Shown in pieces: positions 26,001 to 40,900 of a DNA stretch of 64,000 bases. Numbering within the stretch: position 1 is the stretch's first letter; every line of letters begins with the position of its first letter. The DNA is from Eledone cirrhosa. Its lineage: Eukaryota. The DNA lies in NCBI GenBank assembly GCA_964016885.1, contig OZ024741.1:243970001-244034000 (forward strand). The letters are read 5' to 3'. Below the pieces are notes generated by a model. The model was not told the origin of the DNA. It did no database searches and saw nothing but the letters and a program-made list of their open reading frames with translations. A program made the position numbers and the translations under genes.

Positions 26001-27135
26001 CTAATTACAGATCGATACGACCAGGGGCGGCCTGCCCACGATCGAAAAGGTAACTCCGCCGGCAAATCCGCATTTTTGTGATTCGTTTCTTCGAAGCACA
26101 CCATTCGCCGCCGGACTTCAGCTTCCTCATTTAGCAGGGGCAGCTTTTCTTAAAAATCACACCACACTCAGCAAATGTGTGTCTGCACATGTACCAGTAA
26201 TTACAGATCGATCCGACAACGGCCGGCCGGCCCACGATCGAAAAGGTAACTCCGCCGGCAAAGTCGCATTTTTGTGATTCGTTTCTTCGAAGCACACCAT
26301 CGCTGGTGGACTTCAGCTTCCTCATTTAGCATGGGCAGCTTTTCTTGAAAATCACACCACACACAGCAAATGTGTCTCTGCACATGTACTAGTAATTACA
26401 GATCGATCCGACCACGGGCCACCGGCCCACGATCGAAAAGGTAACTCCGGCGGCAAATTCGCATTTTTGTGATTCATTTCTTCGAAGCACACCATTCGCT
26501 GGTGGACTTCAGCTTCCTCATTTAGCATGGGCAGCTTTTCTTGAAAATCACACCACACACAGCCAATGAGTGTCTGCACAGGTACCAGTAATTACAGATC
26601 GATCCGACCACGGGCGGCCTGCCCACGATCGAAAAGGTAACTCCGCCGGCAAATCCGCATTTTTGTGATTCGTTTCTTCGAAGCACACCATTCGCTGGTG
26701 GACTTCAGCTTCCTCATTTAACATGGGCAGCTTTTCTTGAAAATCACACCACACTCAGCAAATGTGTGTCTGCACATGTACCAGTAATTACAGATCGATC
26801 CGACCACGGACGGCTGGCCCAGGATCGAAAAGGTAACTCCGGCGGCAAATTCGCATTTTTGTGATTCGTTTCTTCGAAGCACACCATTCGCTGGTGGACT
26901 TCAGCTTCCTCATTTAGCATGGGCAGCTTTTCTTGAAAATCACACCACACACAGCAATTGTGTGTCTGCACATGTACCAGTACGTACAGATCGATCCGAC
27001 CACGGGCGGCCGGCCCACATTCGAAAAGGTTACTCCGCCTGCAAATCGTCATTTTTGGATTCGTTTTCTTCGAAGCACACCATTCGCCGGCGGACTTCAG
27101 CTGCCTCATTTAGCATGGGCAGCTTTTCTTGAAAA

Positions 27136-30100
27136 TCACACCACACACAGCAAATGTGTGTCTGCACAGGTACCAGTAATTACAGATCGATCCGACCACG
27201 GACGGCTGGCCCACGATCGAAAAGGTAACTCCGCCGGCAAATCCTAATTTTTGTGATTCGTTTCTTCGAAGCACACCATTCGCCGCCGGACTTCAGCTTC
27301 CTCATTTAGCATGGGCAGCTTTTCTTGAAAATCACACCACACACAGCCAATGAGTGACTGCACATGTACCAGTAATTACAGATCGATCCGACAACGGGCG
27401 GCCTGCCTACGATCGAAAAGGTAACTCCGCCGGCAAATTCGCATTTTTGTGATTCGTTTCTTCGAAGCACACCATTCGCCGCCGGACTTCAGCTTCCTCA
27501 TTTAGCATGGGCAGCTTTTCTTGAAAATCACACCACTCACAGCCAATGAGTCTCTGCACAGGTACCACTAATTACAGATCGATACGACCAGGGGCCGCCT
27601 GCCCACGATCGAAAAGGTAACTCCGCCGGCAAATCCGCATTTTTGTGATTCGTTTCTTCGAAGCACACCATTCGCCGCCGGACTTCAGCTTCCTCATTTA
27701 GCAGGGGCAGCTTTTCTTAAAAATCACACCACACTCAGCAAATGTGTGTCTGCACATGTACCAGTAATTACAGATCGATCCGACCACGGGCGGCCTGCCC
27801 ACGATCGAAAAGGTAACTCCGCCGGCAAATTCGCATTTTTGTGATTCGTTTCTTCGAAGCACACCATTCGCTGGTGGACTTCAGCTTCCTCATTTAACAT
27901 GGGCAGCTTTTCTTGAAAATCACACCACACTCAGCAAATGTGTGTCTGCACATGTACCAGTAATTACAGATCGATCCGCCCACGGGCGGCCGGCCCACGA
28001 TCGAAAATGTAACTCCGCCGGCAAATTCGCATTTTTGTGATTGTGTTTCTTCGAAGCACACCATTCGCTGGTGGACTTCAGCTTCCTCATTTAGCATGGG
28101 CAGCTTTTCTTGAAAATCACACCACACTCAGCAAATGTGTGTCTGCACATGTACCAGTAATTACAGATCGATACGACCACGGGCGGCCTGCCCACGATCG
28201 AAAAGGTAACTCCGCCGGCAAATCCGCATTTTTGTGATTCGTTTCTTCGAAGCACACCATTCGCCGCCGGACTTCAGCTTCCTCATTTAGCATGGGCAGC
28301 TTTTCTTGAAAATCACACCACACACAGCAAATGTGTCTCTGCACATGTACTAGTAATTACAGATCGATCCGACCACGGGCCACCGGCCCACGATCGAAAA
28401 GGTAACTCCGGCGGCAAAATCGCATTTTTGTGATTCATTTCTTCGAAGCACACCATTCGCTGGTGGACTTCAGCTTCCTCATTTAACATGGGCAGCTTTT
28501 CTTGAAAATCACACCACACACAGCCAATGAGTGTCTGCACAGGTACCAGTAATTACAGATCGATCCGACCACGGGCGGCCTGCCCACGATCGAAAAGGTA
28601 ACTCCGCCGGCAAATCCGCATTTTTGTGATTCGTTTCTTCGAAGCACACCATTTGCTGGTGGACTTCAGCTTCCTCATTTAGCGTGGGCAGCTTTTCTTG
28701 AAAATCACACCACTCACAGACAATGAGTCTCTGCACATGTACCACTAATTACAGATCGATACGACCAAGGGCGGCCTGCCCACCATCGAAAAGGTAACTC
28801 CGCCGGCAAATCCGCATTTTTGTGATTCGTTTCTTCGAAGCACACCATTCGCCGCCGGACTTCAGCTTCCTCATTTAGCATGGGCAGCTTTTCTTGAAAA
28901 TCACACCACTCACAGACTATGAGTGTCTGCACATGTACCACTAATTACAGATCGATACGACCACGGGCGGCCTGCCCACGATCGAAAAGGTAACTCCGCC
29001 GGCAAATCCGCATTTTTGTGATTCGTTTCTTCGAAGCACACCATTCGCCGCCGGACTTCAGCTTCCTCATTTAGCATGGGCAGCTTTTCTTAAAAATCAC
29101 ACCACACTCAGCAAATGTGTGTCTGCACATGTACCAGTAATTACAGATCGATCCGACCACGGGCGGCCGGCCCACGATCGAAAAGGTAACTCCGCCGGCA
29201 AATTCGCATTTTTGTGATTCGTTTCTTCGAAGCACACCATTCGCCGCCGGACTTCAGCTTCCTCATTTAGCATGGGCAGCTTTTCTTGAAAATCACACCA
29301 CACACAGCAAATCTGTGTCTGCACATGTACCAGTAATTACAGATCGATCCGACCACGGGCGGCCGGCCCACATTCGAAAAGGTTACTCCGCCTGCAAATC
29401 GTCATTTTCGGATTCGTTTTCTTCGAAGCACACCATTCGCCGGCGGACTTCAGCTGCCTCATTTAGCATGGGCAGCTTTTCTTGAAAATCACACCACACA
29501 CAGCAAATGTGTCTCTGCACATGTACTAGTAATTACAGATCGATCCGACCACGGGCCACCGGCCCACGATCGAAAAGGTAACTCCGGCGGCAAATTCGCA
29601 TTTTTGTGATTCATTTCTTCGAAGCACACCATTCGCTGGTGGACTTCAGCTTCCTCATTTAGCATGGGCAGCTTTTCTTGAAAATCACACCACACACAGC
29701 AAATGTGTCTCTGCACAGGTACCAGTAATTACAGATCGATCCGACCACGGACGGCTGGCCCACGATCGAAAAGGTAACTCCGCCGGCAAATCCTAATTTT
29801 TGTGATTCGTTTCTTCGAAGCACACCATTCGCCGCCGGACTTCAGCTTCCTCATTTAGCATGGGCAGCTTTTCTTGAAAATCACACCACACACAGCCAAT
29901 GAGTGACTGCACATGTACCAGTAATTACAGATCGATCCGACTACGGGCGGCCGGCCCACATTCGAAAAGGTTACTCCGCCGGCAAATCGTCATTTTCGGA
30001 TTCGTTTTCTTCGAAGCACACCATTCGCCGGCGGACTTCAGCTGCCTCATTTAGCATGGGCAGCTTTTCTTGAAAATCACACCACACACAGCAAATGTGT

Positions 30101-33100
30101 GTCTGCACAGGTACCAGTAATTACAGATCGATCCGACCACGGGCGGCCTGCCCACGATCGAAAAGGTAACTCCGCCGGCAAATCCGCATTTTTGTGATTC
30201 GTTTCTTCGAAGCACACCATTCGCTGGTGGACTTCAGCTTCCTCATTTAACATGGGCAGCTTTTCTTGAAAATCACACCACACTCAGCAAATGTGTGTCT
30301 GCACATGTACCAGTAATTACAGATCGATCCGACCACGGACGGCTGGCCCAGGATCGAAAAGGTAACTCCGGCGGCAAATTCGCATTTTTGTGATTCGTTT
30401 CTTCGAAGCACACCATTCGCTGGTGGACTTCAGCTTCCTCATTTAGCATGGGCAGCTTTTCTTGAAAATCACACCACACACAGCAATTGTGTGTCTGCAC
30501 ATGTACCAGTACGTACAGATCGATCCGACCACGGGCGGCCGGCCCACATTCGAAAAGGTTACTCCGCCTGCAAATCGTCATTTTTGGATTCGTTTTCTTC
30601 GAAGCACACCATTCGCCGGCGGACTTCAGCTGCCTCATTTAGCATGGGCAGCTTTTCTTGAAAATCACACCACACACAGCAAATGTGTCTCTGCACATGT
30701 ACTAGTAATTACAGATCGATCCGACCACGGGCCACCGGCCCACGATCGAAAAGGTAACTCCGGCGGCAAATTCGCATTTTTGTGATTCATTTCTTCGAAG
30801 CACACCATTCGCTGGTGGACTTCAGCTTCCTCATTTAGCATGGGCAGCTTTTCTTGAAAATCACACCACACACAGCAAATGTGTGTCTGCACAGGTACCA
30901 GTAATTACAGATCGATCCGACCACGGACGGCTGGCCCACGATCGAAAAGGTAACTCCGCCGGCAAATCCTAATTTTTGTGATTCGTTTCTTCGAAGCACA
31001 CCATTCGCCGCCGGACTTCAGCTTCCTCATTTAGCATGGGCAGCTTTTCTTGAAAATCACACCACACACAGCCAATGAGTGACTGCACATGTACCAGTAA
31101 TTACAGATCGATCCGACAACGGGCGGCCTGCCTACGATCGAAAAGGTAACTCCGCCGGCAAATTCGCATTTTTGTGATTCGTTTCTTCGAAGCACACCAT
31201 TCGCCGCCGGACTTCAGCTTCCTCATTTAGCATGGGCAGCTTTTCTTGAAAATCACACCACTCACAGCCAATGAGTCTCTGCACAGGTACCACTAATTAC
31301 AGATCGATACGACCAGGGGCCGCCTGCCCACGATCGAAAAGGTAACTCCGCCGGCAAATCCGCATTTTTGTGATTCGTTTCTTCGAAGCACACCATTCGC
31401 CGCCGGACTTCAGCTTCCTCATTTAGCAGGGGCAGCTTTTCTTAAAAATCACACCACACTCAGCAAATGTGTGTCTGCACATGTACCAGTAATTACAGAT
31501 CGATCCGACCACGGGCGGCCTGCCCACGATCGAAAAGGTAACTCCGCCGGCAAATTCGCATTTTTGTGATTCGTTTCTTCGAAGCACACCATTCGCTGGT
31601 GGACTTCAGCTTCCTCATTTAACATGGGCAGCTTTTCTTGAAAATCACACCACACTCAGCAAATGTGTGTCTGCACATGTACCAGTAATTACAGATCGAT
31701 CCGCCCACGGGCGGCCGGCCCACGATCGAAAATGTAACTCCGCCGGCAAATTCGCATTTTTGTGATTGTGTTTCTTCGAAGCACACCATTCGCTGGTGGA
31801 CTTCAGCTTCCTCATTTAGCATGGGCAGCTTTTCTTGAAAATCACACCACACTCAGCAAATGTGTGTCTGCACATGTACCAGTAATTACAGATCGATACG
31901 ACCACGGGCGGCCTGCCCACGATCGAAAAGGTAACTCCGCCGGCAAATCCGCATTTTTGTGATTCGTTTCTTCGAAGCACACCATTCGCCGCCGGACTTC
32001 AGCTTCCTCATTTAGCATGGGCAGCTTTTCTTGAAAATCACACCACACACAGCAAATGTGTCTCTGCACATGTACTAGTAATTACAGATCGATCCGACCA
32101 CGGGCCACCGGCCCACGATCGAAAAGGTAACTCCGGCGGCAAAATCGCATTTTTGTGATTCATTTCTTCGAAGCACACCATTCGCTGGTGGACTTCAGCT
32201 TCCTCATTTAACATGGGCAGCTTTTCTTGAAAATCACACCACACACAGCCAATGAGTGTCTGCACAGGTACCAGTAATTACAGATCGATCCGACCACGGG
32301 CGGCCTGCCCACGATCGAAAAGGTAACTCCGCCGGCAAATCCGCATTTTTGTGATTCGTTTCTTCGAAGCACACCATTTGCTGGTGGACTTCAGCTTCCT
32401 CATTTAGCGTGGGCAGCTTTTCTTGAAAATCACACCACTCACAGACAATGAGTCTCTGCACATGTACCACTAATTACAGATCGATACGACCAAGGGCGGC
32501 CTGCCCACCATCGAAAAGGTAACTCCGCCGGCAAATCCGCATTTTTGTGATTCGTTTCTTCGAAGCACACCATTCGCCGCCGGACTTCAGCTTCCTCATT
32601 TAGCATGGGCAGCTTTTCTTGAAAATCACACCACTCACAGACTATGAGTGTCTGCACATGTACCACTAATTACAGATCGATACGACCACGGGCGGCCTGC
32701 CCACGATCGAAAAGGTAACTCCGCCGGCAAATCCGCATTTTTGTGATTCGTTTCTTCGAAGCACACCATTCGCCGCCGGACTTCAGCTTCCTCATTTAGC
32801 ATGGGCAGCTTTTCTTAAAAATCACACCACACTCAGCAAATGTGTGTCTGCACATGTACCAGTAATTACAGATCGATCCGACCACGGGCGGCCGGCCCAC
32901 GATCGAAAAGGTAACTCCGCCGGCAAATTCGCATTTTTGTGATTCGTTTCTTCGAAGCACACCATTCGCCGCCGGACTTCAGCTTCCTCATTTAGCATGG
33001 GCAGCTTTTCTTGAAAATCACACCACACACAGCAAATCTGTGTCTGCACATGTACCAGTAATTACAGATCGATCCGACCACGGGCGGCCGGCCCACATTC

Positions 33101-36100
33101 GAAAAGGTTACTCCGCCTGCAAATCGTCATTTTCGGATTCGTTTTCTTCGAAGCACACCATTCGCCGGCGGACTTCAGCTGCCTCATTTAGCATGGGCAG
33201 CTTTTCTTGAAAATCACACCACACACAGCAAATGTGTCTCTGCACATGTACCAGTAATTACAGATCGATCCGACCACGGGCCACCGGCCCACGATCGAAA
33301 AGGTAACTCCGGCGGCAAATTCGCATTTTTGTGATTCATTTCTTCGAAGCACACCATTCGCTGGTGGACTTCAGCTTCCTCATTTAGCATGGGCAGCTTT
33401 TCTTGAAAATCACACCACACACAGCAAATGTGTCTCTGCACAGGTACCAGTAATTACAGATCGATCCGACCACGGACGGCTGGCCCACGATCGAAAAGGT
33501 AACTCCGCCGGCAAATCCTAATTTTTGTGATTCGTTTCTTCGAAGCACACCATTCGCCGCCGGACTTCAGCTTCCTCATTTAGCATGGGCAGCTTTTCTT
33601 GAAAATCACACCACACACAGCCAATGAGTGACTGCACATGTACCAGTAATTACAGATCGATCCGACTACGGGCGGCCGGCCCACATTCGAAAAGGTTACT
33701 CCGCCGGCAAATCGTCATTTTCGGATTCGTTTTCTTCGAAGCACACCATTCGCCGGCGGACTTCAGCTGCCTCATTTAGCATGGGCAGCTTTTCTTGAAA
33801 ATCACACCACACACAGCAAATGTGTGTCTGCACAGGTACCAGTAATTACAGATCGATCCGACCACGGGCGGCCTGCCCACGATCGAAAAGGTAACTCCGC
33901 CGGCAAATCCGCATTTTTGTGATTCGTTTCTTCGAAGCACACCATTCGCTGGTGGACTTCAGCTTCCTCATTTAACATGGGCAGCTTTTCTTGAAAATCA
34001 CACCACACTCAGCAAATGTGTGTCTGCACATGTACCAGTAATTACAGATCGATCCGACCACGGACGGCTGGCCCAGGATCAAAAAGGTAACTCCGGCGGC
34101 AAATTCGCATTTTTGTGATTCGTTTCTTCGAAGCACACCATTTGCTGGTGGACTTCAGCTTCCTCATTTAGCGTGGGCAGCTTTTCTTGAAAATCACACC
34201 ACACACAGCAATTGTGTGTCTGCACATGTACCAGTACGTACAGATCGATCCGACCACGGGCGGCCGGCCCACATTCGAAAAGGTTACTCCGCCTGCAAAT
34301 CGTCATTTTTGGATTCGTTTTCTTCGAAGCACACCATTCGCCGGCGGACTTCAGCTGCCTCATTTAGCATGGGCAGCTTTTCTTGAAAATCACACCACAC
34401 ACAGCAAATGTGTCTCTGCACATGTACTAGTAATTACAGATCGATCCGACCACGGGCCACCGGCCCACGATCGAAAAGGTAACTCCGGCGGCAAATTCGC
34501 ATTTTTGTGATTCATTTCTTCGAAGCACACCATTCGCTGGTGGACTTCAGCTTCCTCATTTAGCATGGGCAGCTTTTCTTGAAAATCACACCACACACAG
34601 CAAATGTGTGTCTGCACAGGTACCAGTAATTACAGATCGATCCGACCACGGACGGCTGGCCCACGATCGAAAAGGTAACTCCGCCGGCAAATCCTAATTT
34701 TTGTGATTCGTTTCTTCGAAGCACACCATTCGCCGCCGGACTTCAGCTTCCTCATTTAGCATGGGCAGCTTTTCTTGAAAATCACACCACACACAGCCAA
34801 TGAGTGACTGCACATGTACCAGTAATTACAGATCGATCCGACAACGGGCGGCCTGCCTACGATCGAAAAGGTAACTCCGCCGGCAAATTCGCATTTTTGT
34901 GATTCGTTTCTTCGAAGCACACCATTCGCCGCCGGACTTCAGCTTCCTCATTTAGCATGGGCAGCTTTTCTTGAAAATCACACCACTCACAGCCAATGAG
35001 TCTCTGCACAGGTACCACTAATTACAGATCGATACGACCAGGGGCCGCCTGCCCACGATCGAAAAGGTAACTCCGCCGGCAAATCCGCATTTTTGTGATT
35101 CGTTTCTTCGAAGCACACCATTCGCCGCCGGACTTCAGCTTCCTCATTTAGCAGGGGCAGCTTTTCTTAAAAATCACACCACACTCAGCAAATGTGTGTC
35201 TGCACATGTACCAGTAATTACAGATCGATCCGACCACGGGCGGCCTGCCCACGATCGAAAAGGTAACTCCGCCGGCAAATTCGCATTTTTGTGATTCGTT
35301 TCTTCGAAGCACACCATTCGCTGGTGGACTTCAGCTTCCTCATTTAACATGGGCAGCTTTTCTTGAAAATCACACCACACTCAGCAAATGTGTGTCTGCA
35401 CATGTACCAGTAATTACAGATCGATCCGCCCACGGGCGGCCGGCCCACGATCGAAAATGTAACTCCGCCGGCAAATTCGCATTTTTGTGATTGTGTTTCT
35501 TCGAAGCACACCATTCGCTGGTGGACTTCAGCTTCCTCATTTAGCATGGGCAGCTTTTCTTGAAAATCACACCACACTCAGCAAATGTGTGTCTGCACAT
35601 GTACCAGTAATTACAGATCGATACGACCACGGGCGGCCTGCCCACGATCGAAAAGGTAACTCCGCCGGCAAATCCGCATTTTTGTGATTCGTTTCTTCGA
35701 AGCACACCATTCGCCGCCGGACTTCAGCTTCCTCATTTAGCATGGGCAGCTTTTCTTGAAAATCACACCACACACAGCAAATGTGTCTCTGCACATGTAC
35801 TAGTAATTACAGATCGATCCGACCACGGGCCACCGGCCCACGATCGAAAAGGTAACTCCGGCGGCAAAATCGCATTTTTGTGATTCATTTCTTCGAAGCA
35901 CACCATTCGCTGGTGGACTTCAGCTTCCTCATTTAACATGGGCAGCTTTTCTTGAAAATCACACCACACACAGCCAATGAGTGTCTGCACAGGTACCAGT
36001 AATTACAGATCGATCCGACCACGGGCGGCCTGCCCACGATCGAAAAGGTAACTCCGCCGGCAAATCCGCATTTTTGTGATTCGTTTCTTCGAAGCACACC

Positions 36101-37918
36101 ATTTGCTGGTGGACTTCAGCTTCCTCATTTAGCGTGGGCAGCTTTTCTTGAAAATCACACCACTCACAGACAATGAGTCTCTGCACATGTACCACTAATT
36201 ACAGATCGATACGACCAAGGGCGGCCTGCCCACCATCGAAAAGGTAACTCCGCCGGCAAATCCGCATTTTTGTGATTCGTTTCTTCGAAGCACACCATTC
36301 GCCGCCGGACTTCAGCTTCCTCATTTAGCATGGGCAGCTTTTCTTGAAAATCACACCACTCACAGACTATGAGTGTCTGCACATGTACCACTAATTACAG
36401 ATCGATACGACCACGGGCGGCCTGCCCACGATCGAAAAGGTAACTCCGCCGGCAAATCCGCATTTTTGTGATTCGTTTCTTCGAAGCACACCATTCGCCG
36501 CCGGACTTCAGCTTCCTCATTTAGCATGGGCAGCTTTTCTTAAAAATCACACCACACTCAGCAAATGTGTGTCTGCACATGTACCAGTAATTACAGATCG
36601 ATCCGACCACGGGCGGCCGGCCCACGATCGAAAAGGTAACTCCGCCGGCAAATTCGCATTTTTGTGATTCGTTTCTTCGAAGCACACCATTCGCCGCCGG
36701 ACTTCAGCTTCCTCATTTAGCATGGGCAGCTTTTCTTGAAAATCACACCACACACAGCAAATCTGTGTCTGCACATGTACCAGTAATTACAGATCGATCC
36801 GACCACGGGCGGCCGGCCCACATTCGAAAAGGTTACTCCGCCTGCAAATCGTCATTTTCGGATTCGTTTTCTTCGAAGCACACCATTCGCCGGCGGACTT
36901 CAGCTGCCTCATTTAGCATGGGCAGCTTTTCTTGAAAATCACACCACACACAGCAAATGTGTCTCTGCACATGTACCAGTAATTACAGATCGATCCGACC
37001 ACGGGCCACCGGCCCACGATCGAAAAGGTAACTCCGGCGGCAAATTCGCATTTTTGTGATTCATTTCTTCGAAGCACACCATTCGCTGGTGGACTTCAGC
37101 TTCCTCATTTAGCATGGGCAGCTTTTCTTGAAAATCACACCACACACAGCAAATGTGTCTCTGCACAGGTACCAGTAATTACAGATCGATCCGACCACGG
37201 ACGGCTGGCCCACGATCGAAAAGGTAACTCCGCCGGCAAATCCTAATTTTTGTGATTCGTTTCTTCGAAGCACACCATTCGCCGCCGGACTTCAGCTTCC
37301 TCATTTAGCATGGGCAGCTTTTCTTGAAAATCACACCACACACAGCCAATGAGTGACTGCACATGTACCAGTAATTACAGATCGATCCGACTACGGGCGG
37401 CCGGCCCACATTCGAAAAGGTTACTCCGCCGGCAAATCGTCATTTTCGGATTCGTTTTCTTCGAAGCACACCATTCGCCGGCGGACTTCAGCTGCCTCAT
37501 TTAGCATGGGCAGCTTTTCTTGAAAATCACACCACACACAGCAAATGTGTGTCTGCACAGGTACCAGTAATTACAGATCGATCCGACCACGGGCGGCCTG
37601 CCCACGATCGAAAAGGTAACTCCGCCGGCAAATCCGCATTTTTGTGATTCGTTTCTTCGAAGCACACCATTCGCTGGTGGACTTCAGCTTCCTCATTTAA
37701 CATGGGCAGCTTTTCTTGAAAATCACACCACACTCAGCAAATGTGTGTCTGCACATGTACCAGTAATTACAGATCGATCCGACCACGGACGGCTGGCCCA
37801 GGATCAAAAAGGTAACTCCGGCGGCAAATTCGCATTTTTGTGATTCGTTTCTTCGAAGCACACCATTTGCTGGTGGACTTCAGCTTCCTCATTTAGCGTG
37901 GGCAGCTTTTCTTGAAAA
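27136..37918 (+). repeat. 19-monomer HOR (3725 bp = 19x196+1), about 2.9 copies
   Basis: The 197-bp monomer with GTGATTGTGTTTC occurs near 28043, 31768 and 35493. ORF blocks at 27724/31449/35174 and 29489/33214/36939 are each 3725 apart. Confidence 0.95.
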
Positions 37919-40900
37919 TCACACCACTCACAGACAATGAGTCTCTGCACATGTACCACTAATTACAGATCGATACGACCAAGGGCGGCCTGCCCACCAT
38001 CGAAAAGGTAACTCCGCCGGCAAATCCGCATTTTTGTGATTCGTTTCTTCGAAGCACACCATTCGCCGCCGGACTTCAGCTTCCTCATTTAGCATGGGCA
38101 GCTTTTCTTGAAAATCACACCACTCACAGACTATGAGTGTCTGCACATGTACCACTAATTACAGATCGATACGACCACGGGCGGCCTGCCCACGATCGAA
38201 AAGGTAACTCCGCCGGCAAATCCGCATTTTTGTGATTCGTTTCTTCGAAGCACACCATTCGCCGCCGGACTTCAGCTTCCTCATTTAGCATGGGCAGCTT
38301 TTCTTAAAAATCACACCACACTCAGCAAATGTGTGTCTGCACATGTACCAGTAATTACAGATCGATCCGACCACGGGCGGCCGGCCCACGATCGAAAAGG
38401 TAACTCCGCCGGCAAATTCGCATTTTTGTGATTCGTTTCTTCGAAGCACACCATTCGCTGGTGGACTTCAGCTTCCTCATTTAACATGGGCAGCTTTTCT
38501 TGAAAATCACACCACACTCAGCAAATGTGTGTCTGCACATGTACCAGTAATTACAGATCGATCCGCCCACGGGCGGCCGGCCCACGATCGAAAAGGTAAC
38601 TCCGCCGGCAAATTCGCATTTTTGTGATTCATTTCTTCGAAGCACACCATTCGCTGGTGGACTTCAGCTTCCTCATTTAGCATGGGCAGCTTTTCTTGAA
38701 AATCACACCACACACAGCAAATGTGTGTCTACACAGGTACCAGTAATTACAGATCGATCCGACCACGGACGGCTGGCCCAGGATCGAAAAGGTAACTCCG
38801 GCGGCAAATTCGCATTTTTGTGATTCGTTTCTTCGAAGCACACCATTCGCCGCCGGACTTCAGCTTCCTCATTTAGCATGGGCAGCTTTTCTTGAAAATC
38901 ACACCACACACAGCAAATGTGTGTCTGCACATGTACCAGTACGTACAGATCGATCCGACCACGGGCGGCCGGCCCACATTCGAAAAGGTTACTCCGCCTG
39001 CAAATCGTCATTTTCGGATTCGTTTTCTTCGAAGCACACCATTCGCCGGCGGACTTCAGCTGCCTCATTTAGCATGGGCAGCTTTTCTTGAAAATCACAC
39101 CACACACAGCAAATGTGTGTCTGCACAGGTACCAGTAATTACAGATCGATCCGACCACGGACGGCTGGCCCACGATCGAAAAGGTAACTCCGCCGGCAAA
39201 TCCTAATTTTTGTGATTCGTTTCTTCGAAGCACACCATTCGCCGCCGGACTTCAGCTTCCTCATTTAGCATGGGCAGCTTTTCTTGAAAATCATACCACA
39301 CACAGCCAATGAGTGACTGCACATGTACCAGTAATTACAGATCGATCCGACCACGGGAGGCCTGCCTACGATCGAAAAGGTAACTCCGCCGGCAAATTCG
39401 CATTTTTGTGATTCGTTTCTTCGAAGCACACCATTCGCCGCCGGACTTCAGCTTCCTCATTTAGCATGGGCAGCTTTTCTTGAAAATCACACCACTCACA
39501 GCCAATGAGTCTCTGCACAGGTACCACTAATTACAGATCGATACGACCAGGGGCGGCCTGCCCACGATCGAAAAGGTAACTCCGCCGGCAAATCCGCATT
39601 TTTGTGATTCGTTTCTTCGAAGCACACCATTCGCCGCCGGACTTCAGCTTCCTCATTTAGCAGGGGCAGCTTTTCTTAAAAATCACACCACACTCAGCAA
39701 ATGTGTGTCTGCACATGTACCAGTAATTACAGATCGATCCGACCACGGGCGGCCTGCCCACGATCGAAAAGGTAACTCCGCCGGCAAATCCTAATTTTTG
39801 TGATTCGTTTCTTCGAAGCACACCATTCGCCGCCGGACTTCAGCTGCCTCATTTAACATGGGCAGCTTTTCTTGAAAATCACACCACACTCAGCAAATGT
39901 GTGTCTGCACATGTACCAGTAATTACAGATCGATCCGCCCACGGGCGGCCGGCCCACGATCGAAAATGTAACTCCGCCGGCAAATTCGCATTTTTGTGAT
40001 TCGTTTTTTCGAAGCACACCATTCGCTGGTGGACTTCAGCTTCCTCATTTAGCATGGGCAGCTTTTCTTGAAAATCACACCACTCACAGACTATGAGTCT
40101 CTGCACATGTACCAGTAATTACAGATCGATCCGACCACGGGCGGCCTGCCCACGATCGAAAAGGTAACTCCGCCGGCAAATTCGCATTTTTGTGATTCGT
40201 TTCTTCGAAGCACACCATTCGCTGGTGGACTTCAGCTTCCTCATTTAACATGGGCAGCTTTTCTTGAAAATCACACCACACTCAGCAAATGTGTGTCTGC
40301 ACATGTACCAGTAATTACAGATCGATCCGCCCACGGGCGGCCGGCCCACGATCGAAAATGTAACTCCGCCGGCAAATTCGCATTTTTGTGATTCATTTCT
40401 TCGAAGCACACCATTCGCTGGTGGACTTCAGCTTCCTCATTTAGCATGGGCAGCTTTTCTTGAAAATCACACCACACACAGCAAATGTGTGTCTGCACAT
40501 GTACCAGTACGTACAGATCGATCCGACCACGGGCGGCCGGCCCACATTCGAAAAGGTTACTCCGCCTGCAAATCGTCATTTTCGGATTCGTTTTCTTCGA
40601 AGCACACCATTCGCCGGCGGACTTCAGCTGCCTCATTTAGCATGGGCAGCTTTTCTTGAAAATCACACCACACACAGCAAATGTGTCTCTGCACATGTAC
40701 TAGTAATTACAGATCGATCCGACCACGGGCCACCGGCCCACGATCGAAAAGGTAACTCCGGCGGCAAATTCGCATTTTTGTGATTCATTTCTTCGAAGCA
40801 CACCATTCGCTGGTGGACTTCAGCTTCCTCATTTAGCATGGGCAGCTTTTCTTGAAAATCACACCACACACAGCAAATGTGTGTCTGCACAGGTACCAGT

